The notes under the pieces were generated by a model that saw nothing but the letters and a program-made list of their open reading frames with translations, searched no databases and was not told the DNA's origin. A stretch of 64,000 nucleotides of DNA from an uncultured Clostridia bacterium (lineage in GTDB: Bacteria > Bacillota > Clostridia > Christensenellales > CAG-138): contig CALVLD010000004.1 of NCBI GenBank assembly GCA_944336475.1, positions 24,601-88,600 of the forward strand, in the 5' to 3' direction. This document shows, piece after piece, positions 27,026 through 35,995 of the stretch. The position numbers and the translations under genes were made by a program. Every line of letters starts with the position of its first letter. Positions within the stretch are counted from its first letter, which is position 1.

Positions 27026-28063
27026 ATGGGCAAAAGAATAGGAACGCAGTCATATCTGCTTGACAGTAAACCGGCAATAATCTCGGCGGCCTCATTTGTG
27101 GGAGACAAGGAGGGCAAGGGGCCGCTTGGAAACAAGTTTGATGTAATATGTCGGGATGACACGCTCGGGCTTGACAGTTGGGAGCAGGCCGAGAGCCGTA
27201 TGCTTGAGAGTGCAGTAAGACTTGCCCTGGCAAAGATGGGTAAAAAGCCGTCTGACCTGGACGTCGTGTTGGGGGGAGATCTTCTCAATCAGATCATATC
27301 TGCCGGCTATGCGGCAAGAGAGCTAAAATCACCGTTCCTCGGCCTATATGGAGCGTGCTCAACGATCGCAGAGGGCTTGTCGGTCGGCGCCATGCTGTCG
27401 GACGGAGGATTTTCGGCATTACTGGCATGCAGTGCGAGCAGCCATTTCTCATCAGCAGAGAGACAATTCAGATATCCTCTCGAAATGGGTACGCAGGCAA
27501 CACCCACCGCCCAGCGTACAGTGACAGGCGCAGGCGCGATAGTTATCGCACCGCAGAGCAGTTGCATCAAAAATAAAGTGTTTCACAATGTGATTATCTC
27601 CGGTGGCACGATCGGCAGGGTAATTGACTATGGAATAACAGATGCAAGTAATATGGGTGCCGCCATGGCTCCTGCAGCTGCTGATACGATTTGTGCGCAT
27701 CTTAAAGACAATACGCTGACGCCGAACTATTATGATGCTATCATTACCGGAGATCTGGGCATATTCGGCAGTGAAATGCTGTATGAGTTGTGCAAAATGA
27801 AAGGTGCAGAGATAGAGTCGGTTCACGTTGATTGCGGTAAACTCATGTTTTCACAGGAGCAAAACGTAAATTGCGGCGGAAGCGGATGTGGATGCTCTGC
27901 AACGATACTCTGCTCACATATTCTTCCAATGGTGGAATCGGGCGAGTACAGCAGGATACTGTTTATGGCAACGGGCGCATTGATGAGCCCTATATCAACT
28001 CTGCAGGGAGAAAGCATACCATCAATCGCACATGCTGTAGTAATTGAAAGGAATATGTTATGA
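27026..28063 (+). CDS. spoVAD: Stage V sporulation protein AD
   Basis: Thiolase-like SpoVAD pattern: IISAASFVGDKEGKGPLGNKFD...DSWEQAESRM..., 345 aa. Confidence 0.93.
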   Translation: MGKRIGTQSYLLDSKPAIISAASFVGDKEGKGPLGNKFDVICRDDTLGLDSWEQAESRMLESAVRLALAKMGKKPSDLDVVLGGDLLNQIISAGYAARELKSPFLGLYGACSTIAEGLSVGAMLSDGGFSALLACSASSHFSSAERQFRYPLEMGTQATPTAQRTVTGAGAIVIAPQSSCIKNKVFHNVIISGGTIGRVIDYGITDASNMGAAMAPAAADTICAHLKDNTLTPNYYDAIITGDLGIFGSEMLYELCKMKGAEIESVHVDCGKLMFSQEQNVNCGGSGCGCSATILCSHILPMVESGEYSRILFMATGALMSPISTLQGESIPSIAHAVVIERNML

Positions 28064-28428
28064 GCAGCTTAATCGACTACATTTGGGCATTTGTTATTGG
28101 AGGTGCGATCTGCGTTGTCGGCCAGCTTTTAATCAGCTTTACAAGGTTGACGCCTGCAAGGGTGCTCGTGCTTTTTGTAACGCTTGGCGTTGTTCTGGCA
28201 GGACTGGGTCTGTACGAACCATTGGTTGAGCTTGCCGGCGCCGGTGCGACTATACCGCTTACGGGCTTCGGCTACTCACTTGGCAAGGGGGCAATCGAAG
28301 GTGCTATGGAGCAGGGACTGCTGGGAGCAATTACCGGAGGTGTAAAACAGACCGCCGCAGGAATTTCCGCAGCGGTCGTGTTGGGGTATCTTATTGCACT
28401 TATATTCAAGCCAAAGACAAAGCAGTGA
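28060..28428 (+). CDS. spoVAE: Stage V sporulation protein AE (SpoVAEb type)
   Basis: 122 aa. IWAFVIGGAICVVGQLL..LTPARVLV...YEPLVELAGAGATIPLTGFG matches the SpoVAEb pattern rather than the longer SpoVAC. ATGA overlap with spoVAD. Confidence 0.9.
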   Translation: MSSLIDYIWAFVIGGAICVVGQLLISFTRLTPARVLVLFVTLGVVLAGLGLYEPLVELAGAGATIPLTGFGYSLGKGAIEGAMEQGLLGAITGGVKQTAAGISAAVVLGYLIALIFKPKTKQ

Positions 28429-30039
28429 TCAATCGGGCTCGGGTGTGGGCTTTGGTATCTCATAATTCGGATCCAAAACATCAACAGCAGGATCAAACCC
28501 GGGCCATACACAGTACCTGAGAGGGTGCATCTTGTATGTCGAGAGCGCAACCTCAATTGGATCGCTAACGGGAACACCGTTGAGATAGTAGCGCTTATAG
28601 GACTGATACTTATAGCCGATCTTTGCCTTATTGAACTGATACCAATAGGGCTCGTAAAGCCACGAGGTCTCTATATACTGCGTTGGGCCAATGGGTATTT
28701 CTTCAACAAGCACGGCATAAAAATCAATGCTGTCAAACTCCGACGGGAATGGCTCACCCCAGATCTCGCATCGTACGAGCTTCTCCTTGGTATCCACCCA
28801 CATAAATATATAGCAGTTATGATCCGTATTATTGCTCCAGATAAAATCGATACGACCGGTATCAATGGTGGCATCCTGCCCCCACGGCACATATCCTACA
28901 TGCGACGAATGATTGATACGGAATATGATGTTGAAATCTCCCAAAACGACTGCGTTGTAAATAGTAGAGGAAACGTGGCATACACCGCCGCCTGCGGAGT
29001 CCTCGCTATTTGCGCCGCCATCAACAAAACCAGGGGCGAGCAGCCAACCGTTTTCCTCGGTTCGGTCGCCCAACACTTCATTTGTGTAGAAGATATGAGA
29101 CTCGTCATCGGGATCGTCTGGATTTTCAGGAGTAAGCATTGTACCGTTTACGAGCTTACAAGCCTTTTTTATGTTGTAGACGCGGTTTGACGCATTGTAT
29201 GGGCTGCGGGCGTAGCTGCTCTCATAGTGGGAGCGCAGCACAAGATTTGCCTGTAAAGATTCCACAGTGACAGTGGGAGGAACATCTTCTGTTTTAGCCT
29301 GAATGATACCGAAGTCACGGGTGGCTGTGCGCTCAATAACCTCCTGTATAGCATCCTCTGCCAACATTTGACTCCCGTTTTGAGCCTCGTGGAATATGAA
29401 GCGATCAGGCGATACATAATCAGGCAGTGAGGTGGGGTCGTCGACACCCTCATAGGTGTCTTCGGTAACAAAGACGCTGTCGGGGTTGGGCTCATACGTT
29501 GCATCCGTTGGCGGCACATAGACGAGGCGAGCCATCCCCAGGATAAGTGAACGAATCTCACCCTCTCTTGGAAGAATCTCACAGGAGATCTCATATGCAC
29601 GCCCGTTTGCGGAAATATCGTCGATCAACTGATGGAGAAACTCAAGCTCACCCTCACGTGCAAGCATGATAGCATCTTCAAGTATCTGCTCGGTATCGTA
29701 GGTGATATCAAACTGATTTTCTGTGATATTGACGGTACAAGAGGGGTGATAAACAGAAAAGCCCACATTTGCGACGAGCTGCTCCTCAATGGGCGAAAGT
29801 GCGATGCGTGCTTCTTCCACCGTCATTCCGCCGACAGATATGCCGCTTATAACGATGCCGTCATGAAAAGTGGCGTCGTTAATTATCGCCTCACGCTGCT
29901 CCTCAAGCTCATTATTGATACTCTCGGTGTACGCAAGGCTACCACGATCGTAGATCGCGTCAATAACGAAGTAGCAGCCAACCAACGCGCTGAGGTAAAG
30001 AACCGCACAGACAACGTGGCCTATAGTTTTCTTAGACAT
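28429..30039 (-). CDS. VanW-family cell-wall associated protein with N-terminal membrane anchor
   Basis: N-terminal TM segment. PG-binding-like segment GISVGGMTVEEARIAL. VanW core VCHVSSTIYNAVVLGDFNIIFRINHSSHVGYVPWGQDATI. The ATG at 30039 has GAGGTG 10 nt upstream. Confidence 0.88.
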   Translation of the reverse strand: MSKKTIGHVVCAVLYLSALVGCYFVIDAIYDRGSLAYTESINNELEEQREAIINDATFHDGIVISGISVGGMTVEEARIALSPIEEQLVANVGFSVYHPSCTVNITENQFDITYDTEQILEDAIMLAREGELEFLHQLIDDISANGRAYEISCEILPREGEIRSLILGMARLVYVPPTDATYEPNPDSVFVTEDTYEGVDDPTSLPDYVSPDRFIFHEAQNGSQMLAEDAIQEVIERTATRDFGIIQAKTEDVPPTVTVESLQANLVLRSHYESSYARSPYNASNRVYNIKKACKLVNGTMLTPENPDDPDDESHIFYTNEVLGDRTEENGWLLAPGFVDGGANSEDSAGGGVCHVSSTIYNAVVLGDFNIIFRINHSSHVGYVPWGQDATIDTGRIDFIWSNNTDHNCYIFMWVDTKEKLVRCEIWGEPFPSEFDSIDFYAVLVEEIPIGPTQYIETSWLYEPYWYQFNKAKIGYKYQSYKRYYLNGVPVSDPIEVALSTYKMHPLRYCVWPGFDPAVDVLDPNYEIPKPTPEPD

Positions 30040-30075
30040 ATATGAACACACCTCTCAAATAATCCCCCAAAGTTT

Positions 30076-30104
30076 ATTATACCGTATTTTGTAATGTTTG
30101 TAAA
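30076..30104 (-). promoter_or_regulatory. Sigma-A promoter for the VanW-family gene
   Basis: Minus strand: TTTACA, 17-nt spacer, TATAAT. Confidence 0.6.
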
Positions 30105-30135
30105 CCACTTAAAGGGAAATATTGAGGAAAGGGTA

Positions 30136-30164
30136 TTTCCATTGTCAAAGTTTTGTGGTACAAT
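30136..30164 (+). promoter_or_regulatory. Candidate sigma-A promoter (extended -10) for the thrC-like gene
   Basis: TTTCCA, 17-nt spacer, TGg-TACAAT. This would exclude the in-frame upstream extension of the track ORF (30122). Confidence 0.45.
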
Positions 30165-30223
30165 TTATGGTGGGTTGTTGTCTGCTGATAGTTGATAACC
30201 GAGCCAAATGTAAGGGGTGTAAT

Positions 30224-31465
30224 ATGAATTATGCGATTGGTTACAAATGTACCCTATGCGGTTGCGAGTTTGATTACGGCATGCATGGCGAGATGATGAC
30301 GTGCTCGCATTGTGGAGAGAAGGGGATTCTTGACATTGTGTTTGACTACAGTGCCATCAAAAAACATCTCACTCGCAGCTATCTTGAGAGGTGCAGGGAT
30401 TATTCTATGTGGCGCTATGACGCATTGATGCCTCTCGAGGGGGAGTCCTTTTCCGAATTTCTCCGCATCGGTTGGACCCCACTGTACAGGTCAAAACGGC
30501 TAAAAGCTCGGCTTGGGATAAAGGAGCTCTTCATAAAGGATGACGGAACTAACCCCACGGCATCGCTTAAGGATAGAGCATCCGGGGTTGCGGTTGCAAA
30601 GGCAATCGAGCTTGGCTATGATACCATATCATGCAGTTCAACGGGCAATGCGGCTTCATCCCTTGCAGGGAGCGCAGCTCACGCCGGCTTAAGAACGTTT
30701 ATATTTGTGCCGGAGCGCGCCCCGGAGGGGAAGCTTGCCCAGCTCCTCATTTACGGAGCAAATCTGATAGCTGTTCGAGGCGACTACGGGGCAACATTCG
30801 AGCTGAGCAAGGCTGCCATTGACAAGTATGGATGGTACAATCGTAATGCCGGTATCAATCCCGTACTGACTGAAGGCAAAAAAACCGTTGCACTTGAGAT
30901 CGCCGAGCAGCTCAACTTTCGGCTCACCGATTGGGTTGCAGTTTCTGTGGGCGACGGTTGTACCATCGGCTCCGTTTACAACGGGTTCAGAGAAATGTAT
31001 GAGCTTGGACTGGCCGATCGTATACCAAAGATACTCGGCGTACAATCAACGGGCTGTTGTCCTTTTGTCACGGCTTACAACAGCGGAACCGAACTTGTTC
31101 CGACGGATGAGAATACCATTGCCGACTCGATAGCCGTTGGGGTGCCGAGAAATCCCGTTAAAGCAAAACGTGCTGTCGCCGGATCGGGCGGTACATGGAT
31201 ATCCGTAACAGATGAGGAGATACTTGAGGCTATGAGGCTTCTTGGCTCAACGGAGGGCGTGTTCAGCGAACCTGCTGCGTCCGCCTCTGCAGCAGGTGTT
31301 TGCAGGGCGATCGAGTGCGGTGTCATTGAGTCAGACGAGACCGTGACCATTATTTCCACAGGAAACGGCTTAAAGGACGTTAAGAACGGGCTCCGTGCAG
31401 CCGGTAAGCCGCTTTATTGTGAGCCCTCACTTGGCGCACTTGAGGCAACGGGCATTATCAGATAG
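30224..31465 (+). CDS. thrC: Threonine synthase family PLP enzyme with N-terminal Cys4 zinc ribbon
   Basis: The ATG at 30224 has AAGGGG upstream. N-terminal YKCTLCG...TCSHCG ribbon. PLP-lysine motif NPTASLKDRA. Gly-rich loop SSTGNAASS. Confidence 0.8.
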   Translation: MNYAIGYKCTLCGCEFDYGMHGEMMTCSHCGEKGILDIVFDYSAIKKHLTRSYLERCRDYSMWRYDALMPLEGESFSEFLRIGWTPLYRSKRLKARLGIKELFIKDDGTNPTASLKDRASGVAVAKAIELGYDTISCSSTGNAASSLAGSAAHAGLRTFIFVPERAPEGKLAQLLIYGANLIAVRGDYGATFELSKAAIDKYGWYNRNAGINPVLTEGKKTVALEIAEQLNFRLTDWVAVSVGDGCTIGSVYNGFREMYELGLADRIPKILGVQSTGCCPFVTAYNSGTELVPTDENTIADSIAVGVPRNPVKAKRAVAGSGGTWISVTDEEILEAMRLLGSTEGVFSEPAASASAAGVCRAIECGVIESDETVTIISTGNGLKDVKNGLRAAGKPLYCEPSLGALEATGIIR

Positions 31466-31478
31466 GAGGCAAAAGACT

Positions 31479-31964
31479 ATGGCAATTAGAAGGATCTATA
31501 CGGGGAATTCGCTCTGCCTTTATAAAAAGGCAAAGCCCGTCACGGCTTTTGATGAGCGCTTGGCCGAACTAATTGACGATATGGCGCAGACCATGTATGA
31601 TGCTGATGGCTTAGGGTTGGCTGCTCCGCAGATCGGCATACTCCGTCGTGTGGTTGTTATCGACTGCTCTGAAGGTAGGAATGAGCTCATTGAAGCGGTC
31701 AACCCGGGGGTGGTCTATGTTGCCGGTGAGCAGGGTGGATTAGAAGGGTGCCTGTCGTTTCCTAACGAATCGGGCTATGTTGTACGACCGAATATTGCGG
31801 TGATGCGTGCGCAGGATCGAAACGGTGTTGAATTTGAAATTCGGGCAGAGGGGTTGCTTGCACGCGCCATACTCCACGAGTGTGACCATCTTGACGGTAA
31901 GGTTTATAAACGGCTCGTAATCCCCACGCCGGACAGCTATGATCCGGAGGCAGATCTGCAATGA
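31479..31964 (+). CDS. def: Peptide deformylase
   Basis: Motifs GLAAPQIG, EGCLSFP and HECDHLDG. The ATG at 31479 has AGGAGG upstream. Confidence 0.95.
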   Translation: MAIRRIYTGNSLCLYKKAKPVTAFDERLAELIDDMAQTMYDADGLGLAAPQIGILRRVVVIDCSEGRNELIEAVNPGVVYVAGEQGGLEGCLSFPNESGYVVRPNIAVMRAQDRNGVEFEIRAEGLLARAILHECDHLDGKVYKRLVIPTPDSYDPEADLQ

Positions 31965-32902
31965 TAATCGCTTTTATGGGCACGCCGGAGTTTGCCCTTC
32001 CTTCGCTTGATATGCTTGTCAAGCGTGGCGATCATATTGAGGTATTTACGCAGCCCGACAGAGCCAAGGACAGGGGGCACGGCGTTGCCATGCCTCCCGT
32101 TAAACAGTATGCACTGCAAAATGGATTGAAAGTGCATCAGTTTGAGCGTATACGCTCAGAGGCCGGCGTCGCTGCATTGCGTGCGCTTGCACCAGACATC
32201 ATGGTCACTGCCGCATTCGGTCAAATCTTATCTGAGGAGAATCTGGGAATACCCAAATATGGCTGTATCAACGTGCACGCAAGCCTGCTTCCCAAGTACA
32301 GAGGAGCGGCGCCCATACAATGGGCGGTTATTAACGGCGAGCGAACAACGGGCGTCACAACCATGATGACAGTCGCAAAGCTGGATGCTGGAGATATTCT
32401 CATGCAGGAGGCCACGGAAATCGGCATGGATGAGACTGCCGGAGAGCTTTACAAAAGGCTGGCAGCTATGGGCGCAACGCTTCTGCGCAGAACCTTGGAC
32501 GCCATAGAGACCGGCGCCTGCCCACGCATTCCCCAGGATGAGGCGTCTGCAACGAAATGCGACGTAATTCGCAAGGAAACGGCTCAGATAGACTTTAATA
32601 AATCCGATAGCGAGATACACAACCTCGTGCGCGGAATGAATCCTGCGCCTGTAGCATTTACGTCTCTCGACGGCGCAATTATGAGGGTTTACAGAACCGT
32701 ACTGCATAGTGAGCTTTCCGATGCATTCAATACAGCAGAGATCGGCGAGTGTGTTATTGCTGATTCTAAGAGGGGCCTGTTTGTAAAGTGTGGCAGCGGT
32801 ATAATTGAGATAACTGAGGTCCAATTTGCAGGTTCAAAACGTATGGACGCACGGGCTGCGCTCAACAGCAGGAAGCTCATTGGGAGGGTATTGGATAGAT
32901 GA
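31961..32902 (+). CDS. fmt: Methionyl-tRNA formyltransferase
   Basis: MIIAFMGTPEFALPSL and the formyltransferase motif NVHASLLPKYRGAAPIQ. Confidence 0.95.
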   Translation: MIIAFMGTPEFALPSLDMLVKRGDHIEVFTQPDRAKDRGHGVAMPPVKQYALQNGLKVHQFERIRSEAGVAALRALAPDIMVTAAFGQILSEENLGIPKYGCINVHASLLPKYRGAAPIQWAVINGERTTGVTTMMTVAKLDAGDILMQEATEIGMDETAGELYKRLAAMGATLLRRTLDAIETGACPRIPQDEASATKCDVIRKETAQIDFNKSDSEIHNLVRGMNPAPVAFTSLDGAIMRVYRTVLHSELSDAFNTAEIGECVIADSKRGLFVKCGSGIIEITEVQFAGSKRMDARAALNSRKLIGRVLDR

Positions 32903-34209
32903 CGGATCGCCGTATTGCACTGAATACACTCAACAGTATAGCCATTGATGGCGCATATGCGAATCTTGCGCTAAATAAGGAGCTGTCAGTCGCTCGGCCG
33001 ACGGATGTCAGTCGAGTGACTTCACTGGTGTATTCGACGATCGAGCATCTGAATCATTGTGATTTTATAATCAACCACTACGCACAGGGCAGGGTGCAGC
33101 CGCAAATTCTTAACGTTTTGAGACTCGGCGTTTCTGAGATGCTCTTTATGAACACTCCCGCATATGCGGCGTGCAGTGAAAGTGTACTGCTTGTAAAAGA
33201 AATAGGGAAAGCGCCTCTGTCAGGATTCGTCAACGGTGTACTGCGCAGTATCGCACGTGATTTTGAGGCTGACTGCCTTCCGCAGCTTCCAGAGAAACCC
33301 GTCGAGCGATTCAACACGCTCTATGGGTATCCTAAGTTTATTATTGAAGAATACCTTTTACGCTATGGTGAGACTTTTACAGAAAAGTTGCTTTCTGCAG
33401 GAGCCGTGGAGACTACAGTGCGAGCGGTCACGCCATTTACCACAAGCGAGCTTACCGCCGAGCTCAGGCAGCGGAATATTCGCTACGAGTTTGGGAAAAT
33501 AGTACATAATGCCGTGCGCATTTACGGTTTGGGAGGCAGTGTTAAGAATGATAAGATGTTTTCGTCTGGGTTAATGACTGTACAGAGCGAGAGTGCAATG
33601 TTGGTGTGCCACTGCCTTGATGTTAAGCCGCATATGAACGTGCTTGACTGCTGTGCAGCCCCCGGCGGAAAAACGGCCTACCTTTCTGAACTTATGGAAA
33701 ACTCCGGCAGAATCGAAGCATGGGATATACACGAACATAGGGTTGGAATAATGAGAAAGACCCTGGAGCGTCTTCATGTGAACAATGTCTCATGCAGCGT
33801 AAGGGATGCATCTGTCATCGATCCGTCACTTGTATCCTCGTTTGATGCGGTTTTGTGTGATGTACCCTGTTCTGGGCTTGGCGGCGGCTCAAAGCCTGAT
33901 GCACGGTATAACAGGAATACCACCGATATTGAACAATTGGCCGAGCTTCAGTTCAAAATACTCTCTGCCTGCTCAGTATATGTTATTCCTGGAGGGGCTC
34001 TTGTGTATTCGACATGTACGGTCTCGAAACGGGAGAATGAGGATGTAATCGAGAGATTCATCGCCTCAAATGCAGAGTTCAGACTTGATTCACTCGAAAG
34101 GTTTCTGCCTGAGGAGTATTCCAAGAGGTGCAGGAGCGGTATGCTCCAACTTTTCCGTTGCGTTGATAATACTGACGGATTCTTTATTGCAAGGATGGTG
34201 CGTGGTTGA
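32899..34209 (+). CDS. rsmB: 16S rRNA (cytosine967-C5)-methyltransferase RsmB
   Basis: NusB-like N-terminal domain, SAM site DCCAAPGGKT, and catalytic DVPCSGLG and YSTCTV. Confidence 0.92.
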   Translation: MTDRRIALNTLNSIAIDGAYANLALNKELSVARPTDVSRVTSLVYSTIEHLNHCDFIINHYAQGRVQPQILNVLRLGVSEMLFMNTPAYAACSESVLLVKEIGKAPLSGFVNGVLRSIARDFEADCLPQLPEKPVERFNTLYGYPKFIIEEYLLRYGETFTEKLLSAGAVETTVRAVTPFTTSELTAELRQRNIRYEFGKIVHNAVRIYGLGGSVKNDKMFSSGLMTVQSESAMLVCHCLDVKPHMNVLDCCAAPGGKTAYLSELMENSGRIEAWDIHEHRVGIMRKTLERLHVNNVSCSVRDASVIDPSLVSSFDAVLCDVPCSGLGGGSKPDARYNRNTTDIEQLAELQFKILSACSVYVIPGGALVYSTCTVSKRENEDVIERFIASNAEFRLDSLERFLPEEYSKRCRSGMLQLFRCVDNTDGFFIARMVRG

Positions 34210-35270
34210 TGGTATCAGATCTGATGTCAATCGGTTATGGCGAGATGCTCGAGTTGGTAAATGAACTCAAGCAGCCCAAATATCGTGCTCGTCAGATAAT
34301 GTCATGGCTTTCTAAGGGAATCAGGCCATGTGAGATGACCAACATCCCTGCGTCTCTTCGGGATGTACTGTCATCCATACCGTTTGGCGGTGCCGAAATA
34401 ATCGAGCAGATCCACTCATCAAAGGACGAAACCGTAAAGCTATTGTATGGGCTTGAGGATGACAACGTTGTTGAAGGCGTTCTAATGAGGTATTCATATG
34501 GCAATACACTTTGTATCTCGAGCCAAGTTGGCTGCCGCATGGGATGCACATTCTGCGCTTCAACACTAAATGGTAGGACAAGGGATCTTACGGCGGGGGA
34601 GATGCTTTCGGAAATCACAGCCGTTGAGCGGCTTTTTCCTACATCAGACGATCGTAAACGCACCGTTACAAATGTCGTAATGATGGGCTGCGGCGAGCCC
34701 CTTGACAATTACGAGAATACCGTGCGTTTTCTGCATAGGGCAACATCCGAGGATGGATTGGGCATAAGTCCAAGAAATATTTCGTTATCCACGTGCGGAT
34801 TGGTTCCACGTATTTATTCGCTTGTTGAGGACGCTCCGCATATCACGCTTTGCATATCGCTACATGCTCACAATGACGATATGCGAAGGCGCACGATGCC
34901 GATTGCAAACACCTATTCGCTGAGAGAGCTGATTCCTGCCGCAAAGCATTACGCAGACGCTACGGGCAGACGTATAATTTTTGAATATGCACTGATCGAT
35001 GGGGTCAATTCTGCCGATAACGATGCAAAGCATCTGGCCACTCTGCTCAGGGGTATCAACTGCCATGTAAACCTTATTCCTCTAAACAGCGTAAATGAGC
35101 GCAGGCTTTTGGGCGTCTCGCGTTCTCGTGCAGCACAGTTTGCTTCGCTGTTGGAGAATTATCATATATCCGCAACGGTTCGGCGCAGTTTGGGCACGGA
35201 TATTGACGGTGCATGCGGCCAACTGCGCAACAGGCACATTGGGACGACCGGGGAGATGAATTTACAATGA
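34206..35270 (+). CDS. rlmN: 23S rRNA/tRNA (adenine-C2)-methyltransferase RlmN (radical SAM)
   Basis: YRARQIMSW N-terminal motif and radical-SAM cluster CRMGCTFC. Confidence 0.95.
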   Translation: MMVSDLMSIGYGEMLELVNELKQPKYRARQIMSWLSKGIRPCEMTNIPASLRDVLSSIPFGGAEIIEQIHSSKDETVKLLYGLEDDNVVEGVLMRYSYGNTLCISSQVGCRMGCTFCASTLNGRTRDLTAGEMLSEITAVERLFPTSDDRKRTVTNVVMMGCGEPLDNYENTVRFLHRATSEDGLGISPRNISLSTCGLVPRIYSLVEDAPHITLCISLHAHNDDMRRRTMPIANTYSLRELIPAAKHYADATGRRIIFEYALIDGVNSADNDAKHLATLLRGINCHVNLIPLNSVNERRLLGVSRSRAAQFASLLENYHISATVRRSLGTDIDGACGQLRNRHIGTTGEMNLQ

Positions 35271-35995
35271 TCTATGCTTTTAGAACAGAAAAAGGGTTTA
35301 GGAAGCAGAATGAGGATGCTTGCCGTATTCCCAACGAAGGGGACAAGCCATTGGTGATTGTTGCAGACGGCATGGGCGGTCATCTTGCCGGTAGCATTGC
35401 AAGCCGTACCGCCGTTGATACCATCTGTTCCTATGTTGAGAACAGCAATGATGATTGCAGTTCCACGCTTATGCTGCGGCGTGCCGTAAACTACGCTAAC
35501 CGTTCTATATTTGACGCTGCTCAGTTGAATGATGACTGCTCCGGGATGGGCACTACCATTGTGCTGGCTCTCCTCGGTGTAAGGTCTGTCTCGTGTGCGC
35601 ATGTCGGAGACAGCAGGCTGTATCTGTTTGACGGCAAACGACTTGTTCGTAAAACGAAGGATCATTCTTACGTGCAAGAGCTTGTTGACTCAGGCAATAT
35701 AACTGATGAGCAGGCAATGACTCATCCGCAACGCAATATCCTCACTCGGGCTGTCGGCACTTCTCGCTTTGAAAAGGTAGATGTCAACACGTTTGAATGG
35801 AAGCTGAATGACATGCTACTTCTGTGCTCCGACGGCCTCCATGGAAGCGTTGCCGACAGTGTGATCGAATCCATACTTCGCAGCGAGTCCGATTTGCTGA
35901 AATGCTGCGACAGCCTCGTTGAGACCGCCTTGAACAGTGGTTCGAGGGATAACATCACGGTCGTTATCGTAAAGAACACGGAGGTGATCTCCTGA
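35267..35995 (+). CDS. prpC: PP2C-family Ser/Thr phosphatase (PrpC/Stp)
   Basis: RKQNEDA, VADGMGGH and GSRDNITVVIV. The ATG at 35267 overlaps the rlmN stop (ATGA). Confidence 0.92.
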   Translation: MIYAFRTEKGFRKQNEDACRIPNEGDKPLVIVADGMGGHLAGSIASRTAVDTICSYVENSNDDCSSTLMLRRAVNYANRSIFDAAQLNDDCSGMGTTIVLALLGVRSVSCAHVGDSRLYLFDGKRLVRKTKDHSYVQELVDSGNITDEQAMTHPQRNILTRAVGTSRFEKVDVNTFEWKLNDMLLLCSDGLHGSVADSVIESILRSESDLLKCCDSLVETALNSGSRDNITVVIVKNTEVIS

